Positions 27,975 through 38,375 of a stretch of 64,000 bases of DNA are shown piece after piece; position 1 is the stretch's first letter, and each line of letters opens with the position of its first letter. The stretch is taken from the NCBI GenBank assembly GCA_031460175.1, contig JAVKGW010000004.1:59303-123302 (forward strand), given 5' to 3'. The notes under the pieces were generated by a model, which did not search any database, was not told the origin of the DNA, and worked only from the letters and a program-made list of their open reading frames with translations. A program made the position numbers and the translations under genes. Origin of the DNA: Candidatus Sysuimicrobium tengchongense (GTDB lineage: Bacteria; Sysuimicrobiota; Sysuimicrobiia; Sysuimicrobiales; Sysuimicrobiaceae).

Positions 27975-28937
27975 TTACCCGGAGACCCCCTCGCCCCGGT
28001 CCCCGAGCCCCGGAACCCCGTGCAGGCCCCGGGCGAGCCGGACGGCCCGCCGGATCGCCTCTGCCACCACCTCCGGGATCACCGCGGCCACCGCGTCGTA
28101 GGCGGCCTCCATCGTCCCCGTGGCGAGGGCGAAGACCACGTCCCCGTCGAGGGAGGTGTGGGAGGGGGAGACCGCCCGGCCGATGCCGTGATGGGCCAGG
28201 CGGGCGAGGCGGTTCGCCGCCACCTTGTCCAGCCGGGCGTTCGTCGCGACCACGCCGATTACCGTGTTCCCCAGCGGCCGAAACCCAACGCCCCGCTTCA
28301 AGAGGGATCGGGAGCCCACAAATGCCCCGGTTTGCGGATCCCGGGTGCCCGCGAGGACCGTCCCGTCCTCCTCCACCACGTCTCCGACCGCGTTCACCAC
28401 CATGAGGGCGCCCACCACCACCCCATCCCCGAGCCACGCAGACCAGCTTCCCACCCCACCCTTCATGGCCCCCGCAGGCCCGAGAAGCTTGCCCACCGTG
28501 GCCCCGGTCCCCGCCCCCACGCTTCCCTCCTCCGCGGGCCCGGAGGTCGCGGCCTCACAGGCCCGGTAGCCCATCTCCGGTCCCGGCCGGACGTCCGACC
28601 GGCCCAGGGCCAGGTCGTAGATCACCGCGGCGGGTACGATGGGTACCCGTGCGACCCCGGTCTCGAACCCCACGCCTCGCTCCTCGAGGTACCGCATCAC
28701 GCCGTCCGCCGCGGCTAGACCGAAAGCACTCCCTCCGGTGAGGAGCACCGCGTGCACCTCTTGCACCGTCGCGAGGGGATGCAGGAGATCCGTCTCCCGG
28801 GTCCCCGGAGCAAATCCCCGGACCTCCACCCCGGCCACAGCCCCCCGCTCGCAAAGCACCACGGTGCACCCGGTGGCCGCCTCGCGGTCCGTGGCGTGCC
28901 CCACCCGGATTCCTTCCACGTCCGTGATGCCCGGCAT
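27975..28937 (-). CDS. P1/S58 family peptidase (DmpA/L-aminopeptidase-like)
   Basis: The ATG at 28937 gives MPGITDVEGIRVGHATD... The upstream part of ORF 27975..29240 is artefactual. Confidence 0.8.
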   Translation of the reverse strand: MPGITDVEGIRVGHATDREAATGCTVVLCERGAVAGVEVRGFAPGTRETDLLHPLATVQEVHAVLLTGGSAFGLAAADGVMRYLEERGVGFETGVARVPIVPAAVIYDLALGRSDVRPGPEMGYRACEAATSGPAEEGSVGAGTGATVGKLLGPAGAMKGGVGSWSAWLGDGVVVGALMVVNAVGDVVEEDGTVLAGTRDPQTGAFVGSRSLLKRGVGFRPLGNTVIGVVATNARLDKVAANRLARLAHHGIGRAVSPSHTSLDGDVVFALATGTMEAAYDAVAAVIPEVVAEAIRRAVRLARGLHGVPGLGDRGEGVSG

Positions 28938-28938
28938 C

Positions 28939-29700
28939 TTACGCCTCCCCCGGGGCGAGCTCCCCCGCCACGACGCGCATGGCGGACCCGTCCGGGAGGC
29001 GCAGGAGGAGGGCTCCATCCCCGTCCACGGCCTCCGCGATCCCCTCGTAGGTTCCGCTGGGGAGGTGGACGCGCACCCGCCGGCCCAGGGTGGTGCTGCG
29101 GTCGCGCCACCACCGGAGGACGGTGGCGAAGTCGTCGCCCCGAAACGCCTCGTACACGACCTCCAACTCCCCGCACACCGCGCAGAACAGGTCCCCGAGA
29201 TCCACGGGTGTGCCGAGTTCCGCGGCAAGGGAGGTGGCACCTTCCGGGAGGTCCGAGGAGGGGTTGGCGTTGAGGCCGATCCCCAGGACCACCCACCGCG
29301 CGTCTGGTCCCGCCTCCGCGAGGACCCCCCCCACCTTTTTCCGGCTCACCAGGAGGTCATTGGGCCAGCGCAGTCCCACCGTCAGCCCGCATGCGCGCTC
29401 GATGGCCCGGGCCGCGGCCACCCCGCCCACGAGGCTGAGTTTGGGGACCTCCGGGGGGGAGACGGGGGGACGGAGGACCACGGAGAGGTAAAGTCCGCCC
29501 CGGGGTGAGACCCAGGGACGGCCCAGGCGGCCCCGGCCCGCGGTCTGCACCTCCGCCACCACCACGGTCCCCTCGGGAGCCTGGGCCGCGGCCAGCTCCC
29601 GGGCCAGATCCTGGGTGGAGGAGACCACCTCGAACACGTGGAGGAGACGTCCCACGTACCGGGTACGCAGCCGGTCACGGATGCCTGCGGCGAGGCTCAC
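28939..29700 (-). CDS. birA: Biotin--[acetyl-CoA-carboxylase] ligase, catalytic and C-terminal domains only (no N-terminal HTH)
   Basis: The translation contains the GRGRLGRPW motif. The GTG at 29700 overlaps the folB stop (GTGA). Confidence 0.8.
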   Translation of the reverse strand: MSLAAGIRDRLRTRYVGRLLHVFEVVSSTQDLARELAAAQAPEGTVVVAEVQTAGRGRLGRPWVSPRGGLYLSVVLRPPVSPPEVPKLSLVGGVAAARAIERACGLTVGLRWPNDLLVSRKKVGGVLAEAGPDARWVVLGIGLNANPSSDLPEGATSLAAELGTPVDLGDLFCAVCGELEVVYEAFRGDDFATVLRWWRDRSTTLGRRVRVHLPSGTYEGIAEAVDGDGALLLRLPDGSAMRVVAGELAPGEA

Positions 29701-30065
29701 GGTGCGGGCTCCCTCAACCGCTCTACCCGTACCGCGGCGTATCCCAGGGCTCCCCCCAGTCGCACGTGCGGCTTGCGGACCTCCACCCGCACGCCCTGGA
29801 CCCTCTCCAGCGCCAGCAGCCGCCGGGCGATCTCCTCCGCCAGCGCCTCGAGGAGCTGACGGGGCGGCCCCTCCACGACCTCCCGCACGGCCCGATACAC
29901 CTCCCGGTAGTCCAGGGTATCCTCCAGGCGGTCGGAGGCACCGGGCCCTCGGAGGTCGCAAACCACCTCCACGTCTACGAAGAAGGGCTGGCCGCGCTCG
30001 CGCTCCTCCGGCCGAACCCCGTGGAACCCGTAAAAGGCCATGTCCTTGAGGAGGATCCGGTCCAC
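29697..30065 (-). CDS. folB: Dihydroneopterin aldolase
   Basis: The protein is 122 aa and shows FolB-like blocks (MDRILLKDMAFYGFHGV...). Confidence 0.9.
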   Translation of the reverse strand: MDRILLKDMAFYGFHGVRPEERERGQPFFVDVEVVCDLRGPGASDRLEDTLDYREVYRAVREVVEGPPRQLLEALAEEIARRLLALERVQGVRVEVRKPHVRLGGALGYAAVRVERLREPAP

Positions 30066-30066
30066 C

Positions 30067-30978
30067 TCACACCTCCGGATCCCGCCACCCCCGGAGCACC
30101 GCGTCCGCTACCCGCATGGCCCGGACCACCGCCCGGACATCGTGCACGCGCACGAGATCTGCCCCGTTCGCCGCGGACAGGACGCAGAGGGCGATGGTCC
30201 CCTCCACCCGCTCCCTGGGAGGTGCGTCCTGGAGGATCCGGCCGATGGTGGACTTGCGGGAGGGACCCACGAGGATGGGGCATCCCAGGGCCCGCAGCTC
30301 TCCGAGCCGTCGGACCAGCTCCAGGTTGTGCTCAGGCCGCTTGCCGAAACCGAACCCCGGGTCCACCACGATCCGGTCCGGGGAGATGCCCTGCTCTCGC
30401 GCGAAGGCGATGCGCTCCGCGAGGAATGCCCGGATCTCCCCCATGACGTCCTCGTAGCGGGGATCCCGCTGCATGTCCCTCGGGGTCCCCTTCATGTGCA
30501 TGAGCACCACGGGACACCCGAACTCCGCCACCACCCGACTCATCTCCGGATCCGCCCGAAGGGCACTGGTGTCGTTCACCATCCAGGCTCCCGCCCGCAG
30601 GGCCCTTCGGGCCACCTCGGCTTTCTGGGTGTCCACGCTGATGGGAACGTCCACGGCCGCGGAGAGGGCCTCCACCACGGGAATCACCCGCCGCAGCTCT
30701 TCCTCGAGAGGCACCGGATCCGCCCCGGGCCGGGTGGACTCGCCGCCCACGTCCAGGAGGTCCGCGCCCGCCGCCACCATCTCCTGAGCCCGGCTCAGGG
30801 CGGCTTCCACGGGATCGGGGAGGCGGAGCAGGCCGTCCCCGCTGAAGGAGTCCGGGGTCACGTTCAGGATCCCCATCACGAGGGTCCGCTCCCCCAACCG
30901 CAGCCGGTATCGGCCGTAAGCGAGCTCGCGCACGGTTTCCAGCATCCCTCTCCCGTGGGCGGCAGACGGAAGCGTCAC
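30067..30978 (-). CDS. folP: Dihydropteroate synthase
   Basis: The motifs GILNVTPDSFSGDG and DVGGESTRPGA are present. Confidence 0.9.
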   Translation of the reverse strand: MTLPSAAHGRGMLETVRELAYGRYRLRLGERTLVMGILNVTPDSFSGDGLLRLPDPVEAALSRAQEMVAAGADLLDVGGESTRPGADPVPLEEELRRVIPVVEALSAAVDVPISVDTQKAEVARRALRAGAWMVNDTSALRADPEMSRVVAEFGCPVVLMHMKGTPRDMQRDPRYEDVMGEIRAFLAERIAFAREQGISPDRIVVDPGFGFGKRPEHNLELVRRLGELRALGCPILVGPSRKSTIGRILQDAPPRERVEGTIALCVLSAANGADLVRVHDVRAVVRAMRVADAVLRGWRDPEV

Positions 30979-31322
30979 TCGCGAATGGGGGAGAAGTGCA
31001 CCACGGTGACCCAGTCGTCCAGGGTGATGGGCCGCCCGTAGATGGCGGAGAGGAACTCTATAAGCTCTTCGTGCCGCCGGAACTCGGGGTTCTCCCGCTC
31101 GATCTCCCGCGGGGTGAGGTCCCGGAGCTGCTTGTACTCCGTCCGGTCGATGACCGCGCAGAAGATCTTCTGGCGTTCCCCGAACTTCCGCCCCACGGTG
31201 ACCCAGACGACCTGCCCCTCCCGGTACTTGTCCCGCTTGTCACCCAGACGCACCGTGGCCGTCTTGCGCCCCTGGCGCAGCTGCTCCGCGAACACGGGGG
31301 AGTAGAAATTCAGCGCATACAC
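30975..31322 (-). CDS. ASCH domain protein
   Basis: This is the C-terminal 115 aa of ORF 30975..31517 starting at a GTG; the N-terminal part of the ORF is low-complexity. It overlaps the folP start by 4 nt. Confidence 0.55.
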   Translation of the reverse strand: MYALNFYSPVFAEQLRQGRKTATVRLGDKRDKYREGQVVWVTVGRKFGERQKIFCAVIDRTEYKQLRDLTPREIERENPEFRRHEELIEFLSAIYGRPITLDDWVTVVHFSPIRE

Positions 31323-31324
31323 GG

Positions 31325-31786
31325 CTACGGCCCTACCAAGGTGATGTTCGCCTGGCGCTGCGTCCGCCTCCGCTCCCCCACCGCCACCTCCCTCTCCCTC
31401 AGGTGGTACCGCACCCGGACCGTCTGGATCTCCGGCGGGTCCGAGGTGAGGAGCGGAAGAACCTGGAACACCCGTTCGGCAACCACCTCCGTGACGTCCG
31501 AGAAGAAGGCCCGCCACCGCTTCCGATCCTGGGGGACCGCCTTGACCCCGTCCAGCACCACCCGGAAATCCGCGGTCCCCGCCTGCAGGCGCACCTCCCG
31601 CACCGTGCCCTCTCCCACCACCCCCTCCACCAACCGCCTCGCGACCACCTCGGGGGGCGGAGGGCGCCGGGCCTGCTCGTAGCGGATCTGCCAGATCGCC
31701 ACCACCACGGCCAGGAGGACCACCATCGCGGCGTATGCCGCGGCGGTCCGCCAGGGAACGTCGGATCTGGATGATCGCTTCGGCAA
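31325..31786 (-). CDS. Hypothetical membrane-anchored protein
   Basis: The translation has an N-terminal TM helix (AAAYAAMVVLLAVVVAIW) and no recognisable domain. Confidence 0.5.
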   Translation of the reverse strand: MPKRSSRSDVPWRTAAAYAAMVVLLAVVVAIWQIRYEQARRPPPPEVVARRLVEGVVGEGTVREVRLQAGTADFRVVLDGVKAVPQDRKRWRAFFSDVTEVVAERVFQVLPLLTSDPPEIQTVRVRYHLREREVAVGERRRTQRQANITLVGP

Positions 31787-31866
31787 CCGGGCACCTCCGT
31801 CCGCCTAGACACCCACTATACTACAGGCGGAAACACCTGCGGAATCTCGTCCGAGGGGGTGGCAGC

Positions 31867-32445
31867 ATGGAGCGCGGCGCGCTCATCATCGTGGATCTCC
31901 AGAACGACTTCTGCCCAGGCGGAGCGCTCCCCGTGCCGGGAGGGCACGACATCGTGTCCGTGGTGAACGCGCTCTCCCTGCGCTTCCAGGAGGCGGGACG
32001 ACCCGTGATCGCCACGCAGGACTGGCACCCCGCGGACCACGTCTCCTTCCAGACCCGGGGAGGCCCTTGGCCCGTGCACTGCGTGCAGGGGACCCCGGGC
32101 GCGGACCTGCATCCGCTCCTGCGTCGGGAGCCCATCACGCACCTCGTCCGGAAGGCGTACCGTCGGGACGAGGAAGCCTACTCGGGCTTCCAGGGGACGG
32201 GGCTTGCGGAGCTGCTGCGGGCCCTGGGGGTGGAGGAGGTGTACGTCTGCGGCCTTGCCATGGACGTGTGCGTGAACTTCACCGCCCTGGATGCGGCGCG
32301 GGCCGGATTCCGCACCACCATCCTCGAGGACGCCACCCGGCCCGTGTTCCCCGAGCAGCTGGAGGAGAAGCGCCGGGCATGGCAGGAGGCCGGGGTGGTG
32401 GTCCGGAGGGCCCAGGACCTGCTGGGGGCTCCGGTGGGGGGATAG
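31867..32445 (+). CDS. pncA: Nicotinamidase/pyrazinamidase (isochorismatase family)
   Basis: The translation reads ALIIVDLQNDFCPGG...VCGLAMDVCV. The ATG is at 31867. Confidence 0.8.
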   Translation: MERGALIIVDLQNDFCPGGALPVPGGHDIVSVVNALSLRFQEAGRPVIATQDWHPADHVSFQTRGGPWPVHCVQGTPGADLHPLLRREPITHLVRKAYRRDEEAYSGFQGTGLAELLRALGVEEVYVCGLAMDVCVNFTALDAARAGFRTTILEDATRPVFPEQLEEKRRAWQEAGVVVRRAQDLLGAPVGG

Positions 32446-32457
32446 GCCCCGTAGAGG

Positions 32458-33171
32458 ATGGAGGAGATCCGGGTCGGCTGCTGCGGGCTCCCGCGCGGCC
32501 TTGCGGAGTATGCCCGCACCTTCCCGGTGGTGGAGATCCAGCAGACCTTCTACCATCCCCCGCTTCCGGGGACCGCGGCCCGATGGCGGACACAGGTCCC
32601 TGAGGAATTCGAGTTCACCCTGAAGGCATGGCAACTGATCACCCACCCGCCCTCCAGCCCCACGTACCGGCGCCTGCGCCAGCCGATTCCGCCCGGAGCG
32701 GAGGACCGGTACGGGTTCTTCGCGCCCACGGAGGAGGTCCGGCAGGCCTGGCAGCGAACCCGGGAGACCGCGGAGGTGCTCCGGGCGCGGATCGTGGTCT
32801 TCCAGTGCCCGGCCCGGTTCACGCCTGACCCGCCGCACCTCCGAAACCTCCGCTCCTTCTTCACCCAGGTGGACCGCGGGGGGATCCGGTGCGCGTGGGA
32901 GCCCAGAGGGAACTGGCCCGCGGAGCTGGTGGCGCAGCTGTGTCAGGAGCTGGACCTCCTCCACTGCGTGGACCCCTTCGTCACCCCTCCCGTGTACGGG
33001 CAACCCAGGTACTTCCGGCTCCACGGCCGCGGGGGATACCGCTACCGGTACACGGACGAGGATCTCCGGGCCCTCCGGGACATGTGCTCAGGAGCCGCAT
33101 ACGTGCTGTTCAACAACGTGCACATGTGGGAGGACGCCCTCCGGTTCCGGGCCCTCCTGCAGACCCCGTGA
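32458..33171 (+). CDS. DUF72 family protein
   Basis: The translation reads IRVGCCG...FPVVEIQQTFYHPP...FEFTLKAWQLITH. Confidence 0.75.
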   Translation: MEEIRVGCCGLPRGLAEYARTFPVVEIQQTFYHPPLPGTAARWRTQVPEEFEFTLKAWQLITHPPSSPTYRRLRQPIPPGAEDRYGFFAPTEEVRQAWQRTRETAEVLRARIVVFQCPARFTPDPPHLRNLRSFFTQVDRGGIRCAWEPRGNWPAELVAQLCQELDLLHCVDPFVTPPVYGQPRYFRLHGRGGYRYRYTDEDLRALRDMCSGAAYVLFNNVHMWEDALRFRALLQTP

Positions 33172-33179
33172 CGGCGAGC

Positions 33180-34196
33180 TCAGAAGAGCTCCCCGCTCCT
33201 CCGGAGGGAGATTCCCAGGTGCGCACAGGCGGCGGGCGTGATGCGGCGGCCCGCGGGGGTGCGCACGAGGAAGCCGATCTTGAGGAGATAGGGTTCCACC
33301 ACCTCCACCAGGGTGTCGGGTTCCTCCTGGAGGGAGGCGGCGATGGCCTCGATCCCCACGGGCCCTCCCCCGTACACCTCCGCGATGACCCGCAGGAAAT
33401 CCCGATCCAGGGCATCCAGGCCCAGCTCGTCCACCCCCTCGAAGGCCAGGGCCTCCGCGGCCACCTCCTGGGTAATCCGGCCGTCTGAGCGCACCTGCGC
33501 GAAGTCCCGCACGCGCCGCAGCAGGCGGTTGGCGATCCGGGGCGTGCCCCGTGAACGGCGGGCGATCTCCATGGCTCCTTCCTGCGCGATCTCCACCCCC
33601 AGGATCCGGGCCGACCTCCGCACCACCTGAGCCAGCTCCTCCGGGGTGTAGAAGTCCAGGTGGAAGAAGATCCCGAACCGCTCCCGCAGGGGGGCGCTCA
33701 GCATTCCCGCCCGGGTGGTGGCGCCGATGAGGGTGAAGGGACGCAGCCGGTACCGGAGGGTACGGGCGTGCACGCCGCGGTCGAGCACGAAGTGCACGCA
33801 GAAGTCCTCCATGGCAGGGTACAGGAGTTCCTCCACCGCCCGGGTCAGCCGGTGGATCTCGTCGATGAAGAGGATATCCCCCTCCTCCAGGTTCGTGAGG
33901 ATGCCCATGAGGTCTCCGCCCCGCTCCAGGGCCGGTCCGGAGGTCTGCACGAGGTTCGCGTGCATTTCCGCGGCGATCACGTGGGCCAGGGTGGTTTTCC
34001 CGAGACCGGGAGGGCCATGCAGGAGGATGTGGTCCAGGACCTCCCCTCGATCCCGGGCGGCCTGGATGGCGATGCGCAGACCCTCCCGTACCCGGGACTG
34101 CCCCACGCACTCGTCGAGGGTGCGGGGCCGGAGGGAGCGCAGAAAGGTCGTGTCCTCCGGAGGCAAGGAAGCGCTCGTGAACCGCTCCCGACTCAC
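33180..34196 (-). CDS. ruvB: Holliday junction branch migration helicase RuvB
   Basis: The Walker A motif [11 protein letters not shown] and the RuvB C-terminal domain are present. Confidence 0.95.
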   Translation of the reverse strand: MSRERFTSASLPPEDTTFLRSLRPRTLDECVGQSRVREGLRIAIQAARDRGEVLDHILLHGPPGLGKTTLAHVIAAEMHANLVQTSGPALERGGDLMGILTNLEEGDILFIDEIHRLTRAVEELLYPAMEDFCVHFVLDRGVHARTLRYRLRPFTLIGATTRAGMLSAPLRERFGIFFHLDFYTPEELAQVVRRSARILGVEIAQEGAMEIARRSRGTPRIANRLLRRVRDFAQVRSDGRITQEVAAEALAFEGVDELGLDALDRDFLRVIAEVYGGGPVGIEAIAASLQEEPDTLVEVVEPYLLKIGFLVRTPAGRRITPAACAHLGISLRRSGELF

Positions 34197-34807
34197 GACC
34201 GAGCCTCCCGCTGCGCCCGGTACACCTCCTGGAAGAGCTCCTCCGCGCTTCGGACCGCGGGGTTACGGCGGAGGGCTTCCTCCACCATGCGCCGGGCCTC
34301 CCCGGGCCGGTGTCCGAGCTGCTTGATGAGGATCTCCAGCACCTCCTCCCGGAAGTCCACCTCCACGGGCGTCCTCGGGATCTCCGGGCGCAGCAGGGCG
34401 AACTTCCCCATCTTCCCGTGGAGGGCCGCCACCACCTTCTCCGCGGTGCGGGCTCCCAGGCCCGGAAGCCGTTTGAGAAAGCCCACGTCGCGCCGTTCGA
34501 TGGCGTCCGCGATCTCGTGCACGGGACGGGCCATGGCCCTCACCGCCCGGGCCGGGCCGAGGCCGTCCACGGTGATGAACCGCTCGAAGAACTCCCGCTC
34601 CACCCAGGTGCGGAATCCCACCAGGAAGGGTTTGGGTTGGTTCGGGCTCGCCTGGTACGAGATGTACAGGGCCACCTCCTCTCCTTCCCGGATCCCCGCG
34701 TCCGCGAGATAGGCGGGGAGCACCACCTCGTACCCCACGCCCCCGCACTCCACCACCACTCCCCCCTCCATCCGGTGCAGGACCTTCCCCCGCAGGTAGC
34801 TGATCAC
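34193..34807 (-). CDS. ruvA: Holliday junction DNA helicase RuvA
   Basis: The N-terminus MISYLRGKV and the HhH domain are present. It overlaps ruvB by 4 nt. Confidence 0.9.
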   Translation of the reverse strand: MISYLRGKVLHRMEGGVVVECGGVGYEVVLPAYLADAGIREGEEVALYISYQASPNQPKPFLVGFRTWVEREFFERFITVDGLGPARAVRAMARPVHEIADAIERRDVGFLKRLPGLGARTAEKVVAALHGKMGKFALLRPEIPRTPVEVDFREEVLEILIKQLGHRPGEARRMVEEALRRNPAVRSAEELFQEVYRAQREARS

Positions 34808-35286
34808 GGTCCCCCCTCCCCCACCCTCCCCAACAGCGCCAGGGCCAGGGCCAGGGCATCCGCGGCGTGATGCGGGAGGTTTCCCTCAACCCCCAGCCGG
34901 GCGCACACGGCGGCCTGCACCTGGGCTTTCGGAGCCCGGCCGTTTCCCGTGATGGCCCGCTTCACCTCCGCGGGCGGGAGGGAGACGACCCGGACTCCCG
35001 CGTGTGCGGCCGCCAGGAACAACACCCCCTGCACGTGTCCGATGCGGATCCCCGCATGCGGGAACCGGAGATGGCTGAAGGCATCCTCCAGGACCGCCAT
35101 GTCCGGCCGGGTCTCCTCCATCAGGGCGCGGGCGTCCGCGTAGATCTCCCCCAGACGCGCCTCCAGGGATCCCTCCAACCGCGTGCGGATCACCCCGGCT
35201 TCCACCAGCACGGAGGCCGTTCCCTCTGCCCGGACCACCGCGTACCCCGTGGCCCGTAAACCCGGATCGAACCCCACCACGATCAT
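34804..35286 (-). CDS. ruvC: Crossover junction endodeoxyribonuclease RuvC
   Basis: The N-terminus MIVVGFDPGLRATGYAV is present. It overlaps ruvA by 4 nt. Confidence 0.9.
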   Translation of the reverse strand: MIVVGFDPGLRATGYAVVRAEGTASVLVEAGVIRTRLEGSLEARLGEIYADARALMEETRPDMAVLEDAFSHLRFPHAGIRIGHVQGVLFLAAAHAGVRVVSLPPAEVKRAITGNGRAPKAQVQAAVCARLGVEGNLPHHAADALALALALLGRVGEGGP

Positions 35287-35351
35287 GGCCGGATGGGCGA
35301 ACCTCTGTTTGATTCTCCGGCCAACCGGATCCTCCCCGCAAGGGGAAAGTT

Positions 35352-36098
35352 TTAGCCCACCCGCTGGAGGATCTCCTCGGGGATGTCGAAGTTCGCGTAA
35401 ACCTGTTGGACGTCGTCCAGGTCCTCCAGGGCCTCCAGGAGCCTCAGGACGCGCTCGGCCTCCGGGCCATGCACGGGGACCGTGGACCTGGGAAGGAGGG
35501 TGATCTCCGCCCGGCCGATCTCGATGCCGGCCCGGGTGAGGGCTTCCCGAACCCGGTTGAGGTCCTCGGGGGCCGTGATCACCTCGTAGACTCCGTCGTC
35601 CGGCCGCACGTCCTCCGCTCCTGCCTCGAGGGCGACCAGCAGGAGGTCGTCCTCAGAGATCCGGCCTCGATCTACCTGGATCACGCCCTTCCGGTCGAAC
35701 ATCCAGGCCACGGCGCCTGCCTCCGCCATGCTCCCCCCCAAGCGGTGGAAGACGGAGCGGATCTCCGCGGCGGTGCGGTTGCGGTTGTCCGTTGCGGCCC
35801 GGACCAGGATGGCCACCCCACCCGGCCCGTACCCCTCGTAGGTCACCTCCTCGTAGTGCTCCCCACCTCCGGCTCCGGCGCCCCGGGTGATGGCCCGCTG
35901 GATGTTCTCGTTGGGCATTCCGGCCTCCCGGGCCCGCTCGATGGCGCTGCGCAGCCGCGGGTTGGCGTCCGGGTTACCGCCTCCCTCGCGGGCGGCCACG
36001 ATGATCTCCCGCGTGAGCTTGCTGAAGAGCTTACCGCGCACGCGGTCCATCTTCTCCTTCTTGATCCGGATGTTGTGCCACCTGGAGTGTCCCGCCAT
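35352..36098 (-). CDS. yebC: YebC/PmpR family DNA-binding transcriptional regulator
   Basis: The N-terminus is MAGHSRWHNIRIKKEKMD... Confidence 0.9.
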   Translation of the reverse strand: MAGHSRWHNIRIKKEKMDRVRGKLFSKLTREIIVAAREGGGNPDANPRLRSAIERAREAGMPNENIQRAITRGAGAGGGEHYEEVTYEGYGPGGVAILVRAATDNRNRTAAEIRSVFHRLGGSMAEAGAVAWMFDRKGVIQVDRGRISEDDLLLVALEAGAEDVRPDDGVYEVITAPEDLNRVREALTRAGIEIGRAEITLLPRSTVPVHGPEAERVLRLLEALEDLDDVQQVYANFDIPEEILQRVG

Positions 36099-36146
36099 AG
36101 CCTTAAACCCCTTTTCCCTTTGGGCTCGAGACCATTGTAGCGCCTG

Positions 36147-38375
36147 CTACCGCTCCGTGACCGTGACCCCGGCGGTGGCCTGGGCACCCCCCGGGCTCCA
36201 GGCGGTCACCGTGATCACGTACCGGGCTCCCAGAAACCCCAGGGGAGAGCCCACGGTGAGGCGAAAGGTCCCGTCCGGTCCTGCCGAGAGCCACTCATCC
36301 CGGAGGAGCACGGGCGTGGCCCCCCCTTCCAGGGTGACGACAACCCGCACCCGGCTTCCGGGCGTGGTCTTCCCCGCCACCTCGAAGGGGGAGGAGACGG
36401 AATCCCCTGCCGCTGGGGCGTGGAGTTTGACCACGTGCCCCGACCCCTCCTCCGGGCCCGTCCGGCCCGCGGGGCCCGGCTCCCCAGGGGCGGGGACCCC
36501 TTCGGGACGCGGGAAGTCCACCGGAGGCCGGTTGACGAGGGCCTCCCTCATGAACCGGGCCCACAGGCGGGCGGGGACGGTCCCTCCCACCACCCCGCGC
36601 ATGGGGGTGTTGTCGTCGTTGCCCACCCACACCGCCGCCACGAGATCCGGGGTGTAGCCCACGAACCAGGCGTTGCGGTAGTCGTCCGTGGTCCCGGTCT
36701 TCCCCGCGGCCGGACGTCCGATGTCCGCGGCGCGTCCGGTTCCCCGGAGGATCACCCCCCGGAGGATGTCCGTCATGGTGTACGCCACCTCCGGTCGGAG
36801 AGCGAGACGGCGCTCCGGGCTGAACTCGTCCAGCACGCGGCCCGCGGCGTCCGTCACCCGGATGATGGCCATGGGCTGGGCGTGAACGCCGTTGGCCGCC
36901 AGGGTGCCGTAGGCGGAGGCCATCTCCAGCACCGTGACCTCCGAGGTGCCCAAGGCGAGGGAGAGGTTGGGTCGGAGGTCGCTCTGGATCCCCATGCGGC
37001 GGGCGGTCTCGATCACCGCCTGCGGTCCCAACTCCGCCAGCACCCGGACCGCGGGCACGTTCCGGGAGTGCTCCACCGCCCGACGGAGGGAGAGGGGACC
37101 CCAGTATGTCCGGTCGTAGTTCTTCGGCTGCCACTCTCCGAATCCCGGGACGCGGTAGCGGACGGGCTCATCCCGGAGGATGTCCTCCGGGGAGGCCCCA
37201 TGTTCCAGGGCGGTCACGTAAATGAAGGGCTTGAAGGCGCTTCCGGGCTGACGGCGCGCCTGCCAAGCCCGGTTGAACTGCGACCGGTGAAAGTCCACGC
37301 CGCCCACCATGGCCTTGATGTGGCCGGTACGCGGATCCAAGGCAACAAGGGCTCCCTGGGAGACCCTGCTTCCCCGGGCTTCCGCGATGCCCTGCGCGAT
37401 GATCCGCTGGGCCAGCTCCTGGAGGCGCACGTCCAGGGTGGTGTAGACCCGCAGACCCCCCCGGTACACCCGTTCCTCCCCGTACCTCTGGAGGAGAAAG
37501 GGGAGGAGATAGGAGACGAAGTACGGGGCGCGGATTCCCACCAGGCCTGCGTTGACCGGGGTCCGGCGAAGCCCCAGGGGAGCCCGCAGGGCGGCCTGCG
37601 CTTGCTCCTCGGAGAGGAAGCCCACCTCCACCATCTTGCGCAGCACCTGCTCCTGCCGGCGTTTGGCGGCTGGGAAGTTCCGGAAAGGATCGTAGCGGGA
37701 GGGGGCCTGGATCAGCCCGGCCAGCAAGCTCGCCTCTGGTAGACCGAGTTCTCCCACCCTCCGGTTGAAGTACACCTGGGCCGCCATCTCCACCCCGTAG
37801 GCGCCGTTCCCGAAGTACACCTGGTTCAGGTAGCGCTCCAGGATCTCGTCCTTGGTGAGGTGGCGCTCCATCTCCAGGGCGAGCAGCATCTCGTGCAGCT
37901 TCCGGGTCAGGGTGCGCTCGGGGGTCAGGAACAGGGTGCGGGCCAACTGCTGGGTGATGGTGCTCCCCCCCTCCAGGATCCGGTTCCGGGTGAGGTTCAC
38001 CCAGAGGGCCCGCGCCACCCCGATGGCGTCCACGCCACGGTGCCGGTAGAACCGCTCGTCCTCGATGGCGATCACCGCCTGCTGCAGGACCCGGGGGATG
38101 GCGGAGAGGGGCACGTAGACGCGGTTCTCGCGGTAAAGGCTCGCGATGAGCTCCCCGTTGGCCGCGTAGATGCGGGTGGCCTGGCTTGGCGGGTGGTAAA
38201 GGACGGAGACATCCGGGAGGGAGGCCCGAGCCGCCAGGAGCAGGGCGGCCACCCCCGCGAGGGACGCCACGGAGAGACTCGCGAGCAGGGCCGAACCCAC
38301 CACCACCCATCGGGCTCTCCCCCGAGGCCGCCTTCGGGAGGACCGGCCATGGCCCTTCATCCGGAACCTCCTCAC
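36147..38375 (-). CDS. Class A penicillin-binding protein (transglycosylase + transpeptidase, PBP1A-type) with a C-terminal β-rich extension
   Basis: The transglycosylase motif EDERFYRHRGVD, the transpeptidase motifs SAFKP and KTG, and an N-terminal TM anchor are present. Confidence 0.9.
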   Translation of the reverse strand: MRRFRMKGHGRSSRRRPRGRARWVVVGSALLASLSVASLAGVAALLLAARASLPDVSVLYHPPSQATRIYAANGELIASLYRENRVYVPLSAIPRVLQQAVIAIEDERFYRHRGVDAIGVARALWVNLTRNRILEGGSTITQQLARTLFLTPERTLTRKLHEMLLALEMERHLTKDEILERYLNQVYFGNGAYGVEMAAQVYFNRRVGELGLPEASLLAGLIQAPSRYDPFRNFPAAKRRQEQVLRKMVEVGFLSEEQAQAALRAPLGLRRTPVNAGLVGIRAPYFVSYLLPFLLQRYGEERVYRGGLRVYTTLDVRLQELAQRIIAQGIAEARGSRVSQGALVALDPRTGHIKAMVGGVDFHRSQFNRAWQARRQPGSAFKPFIYVTALEHGASPEDILRDEPVRYRVPGFGEWQPKNYDRTYWGPLSLRRAVEHSRNVPAVRVLAELGPQAVIETARRMGIQSDLRPNLSLALGTSEVTVLEMASAYGTLAANGVHAQPMAIIRVTDAAGRVLDEFSPERRLALRPEVAYTMTDILRGVILRGTGRAADIGRPAAGKTGTTDDYRNAWFVGYTPDLVAAVWVGNDDNTPMRGVVGGTVPARLWARFMREALVNRPPVDFPRPEGVPAPGEPGPAGRTGPEEGSGHVVKLHAPAAGDSVSSPFEVAGKTTPGSRVRVVVTLEGGATPVLLRDEWLSAGPDGTFRLTVGSPLGFLGARYVITVTAWSPGGAQATAGVTVTER

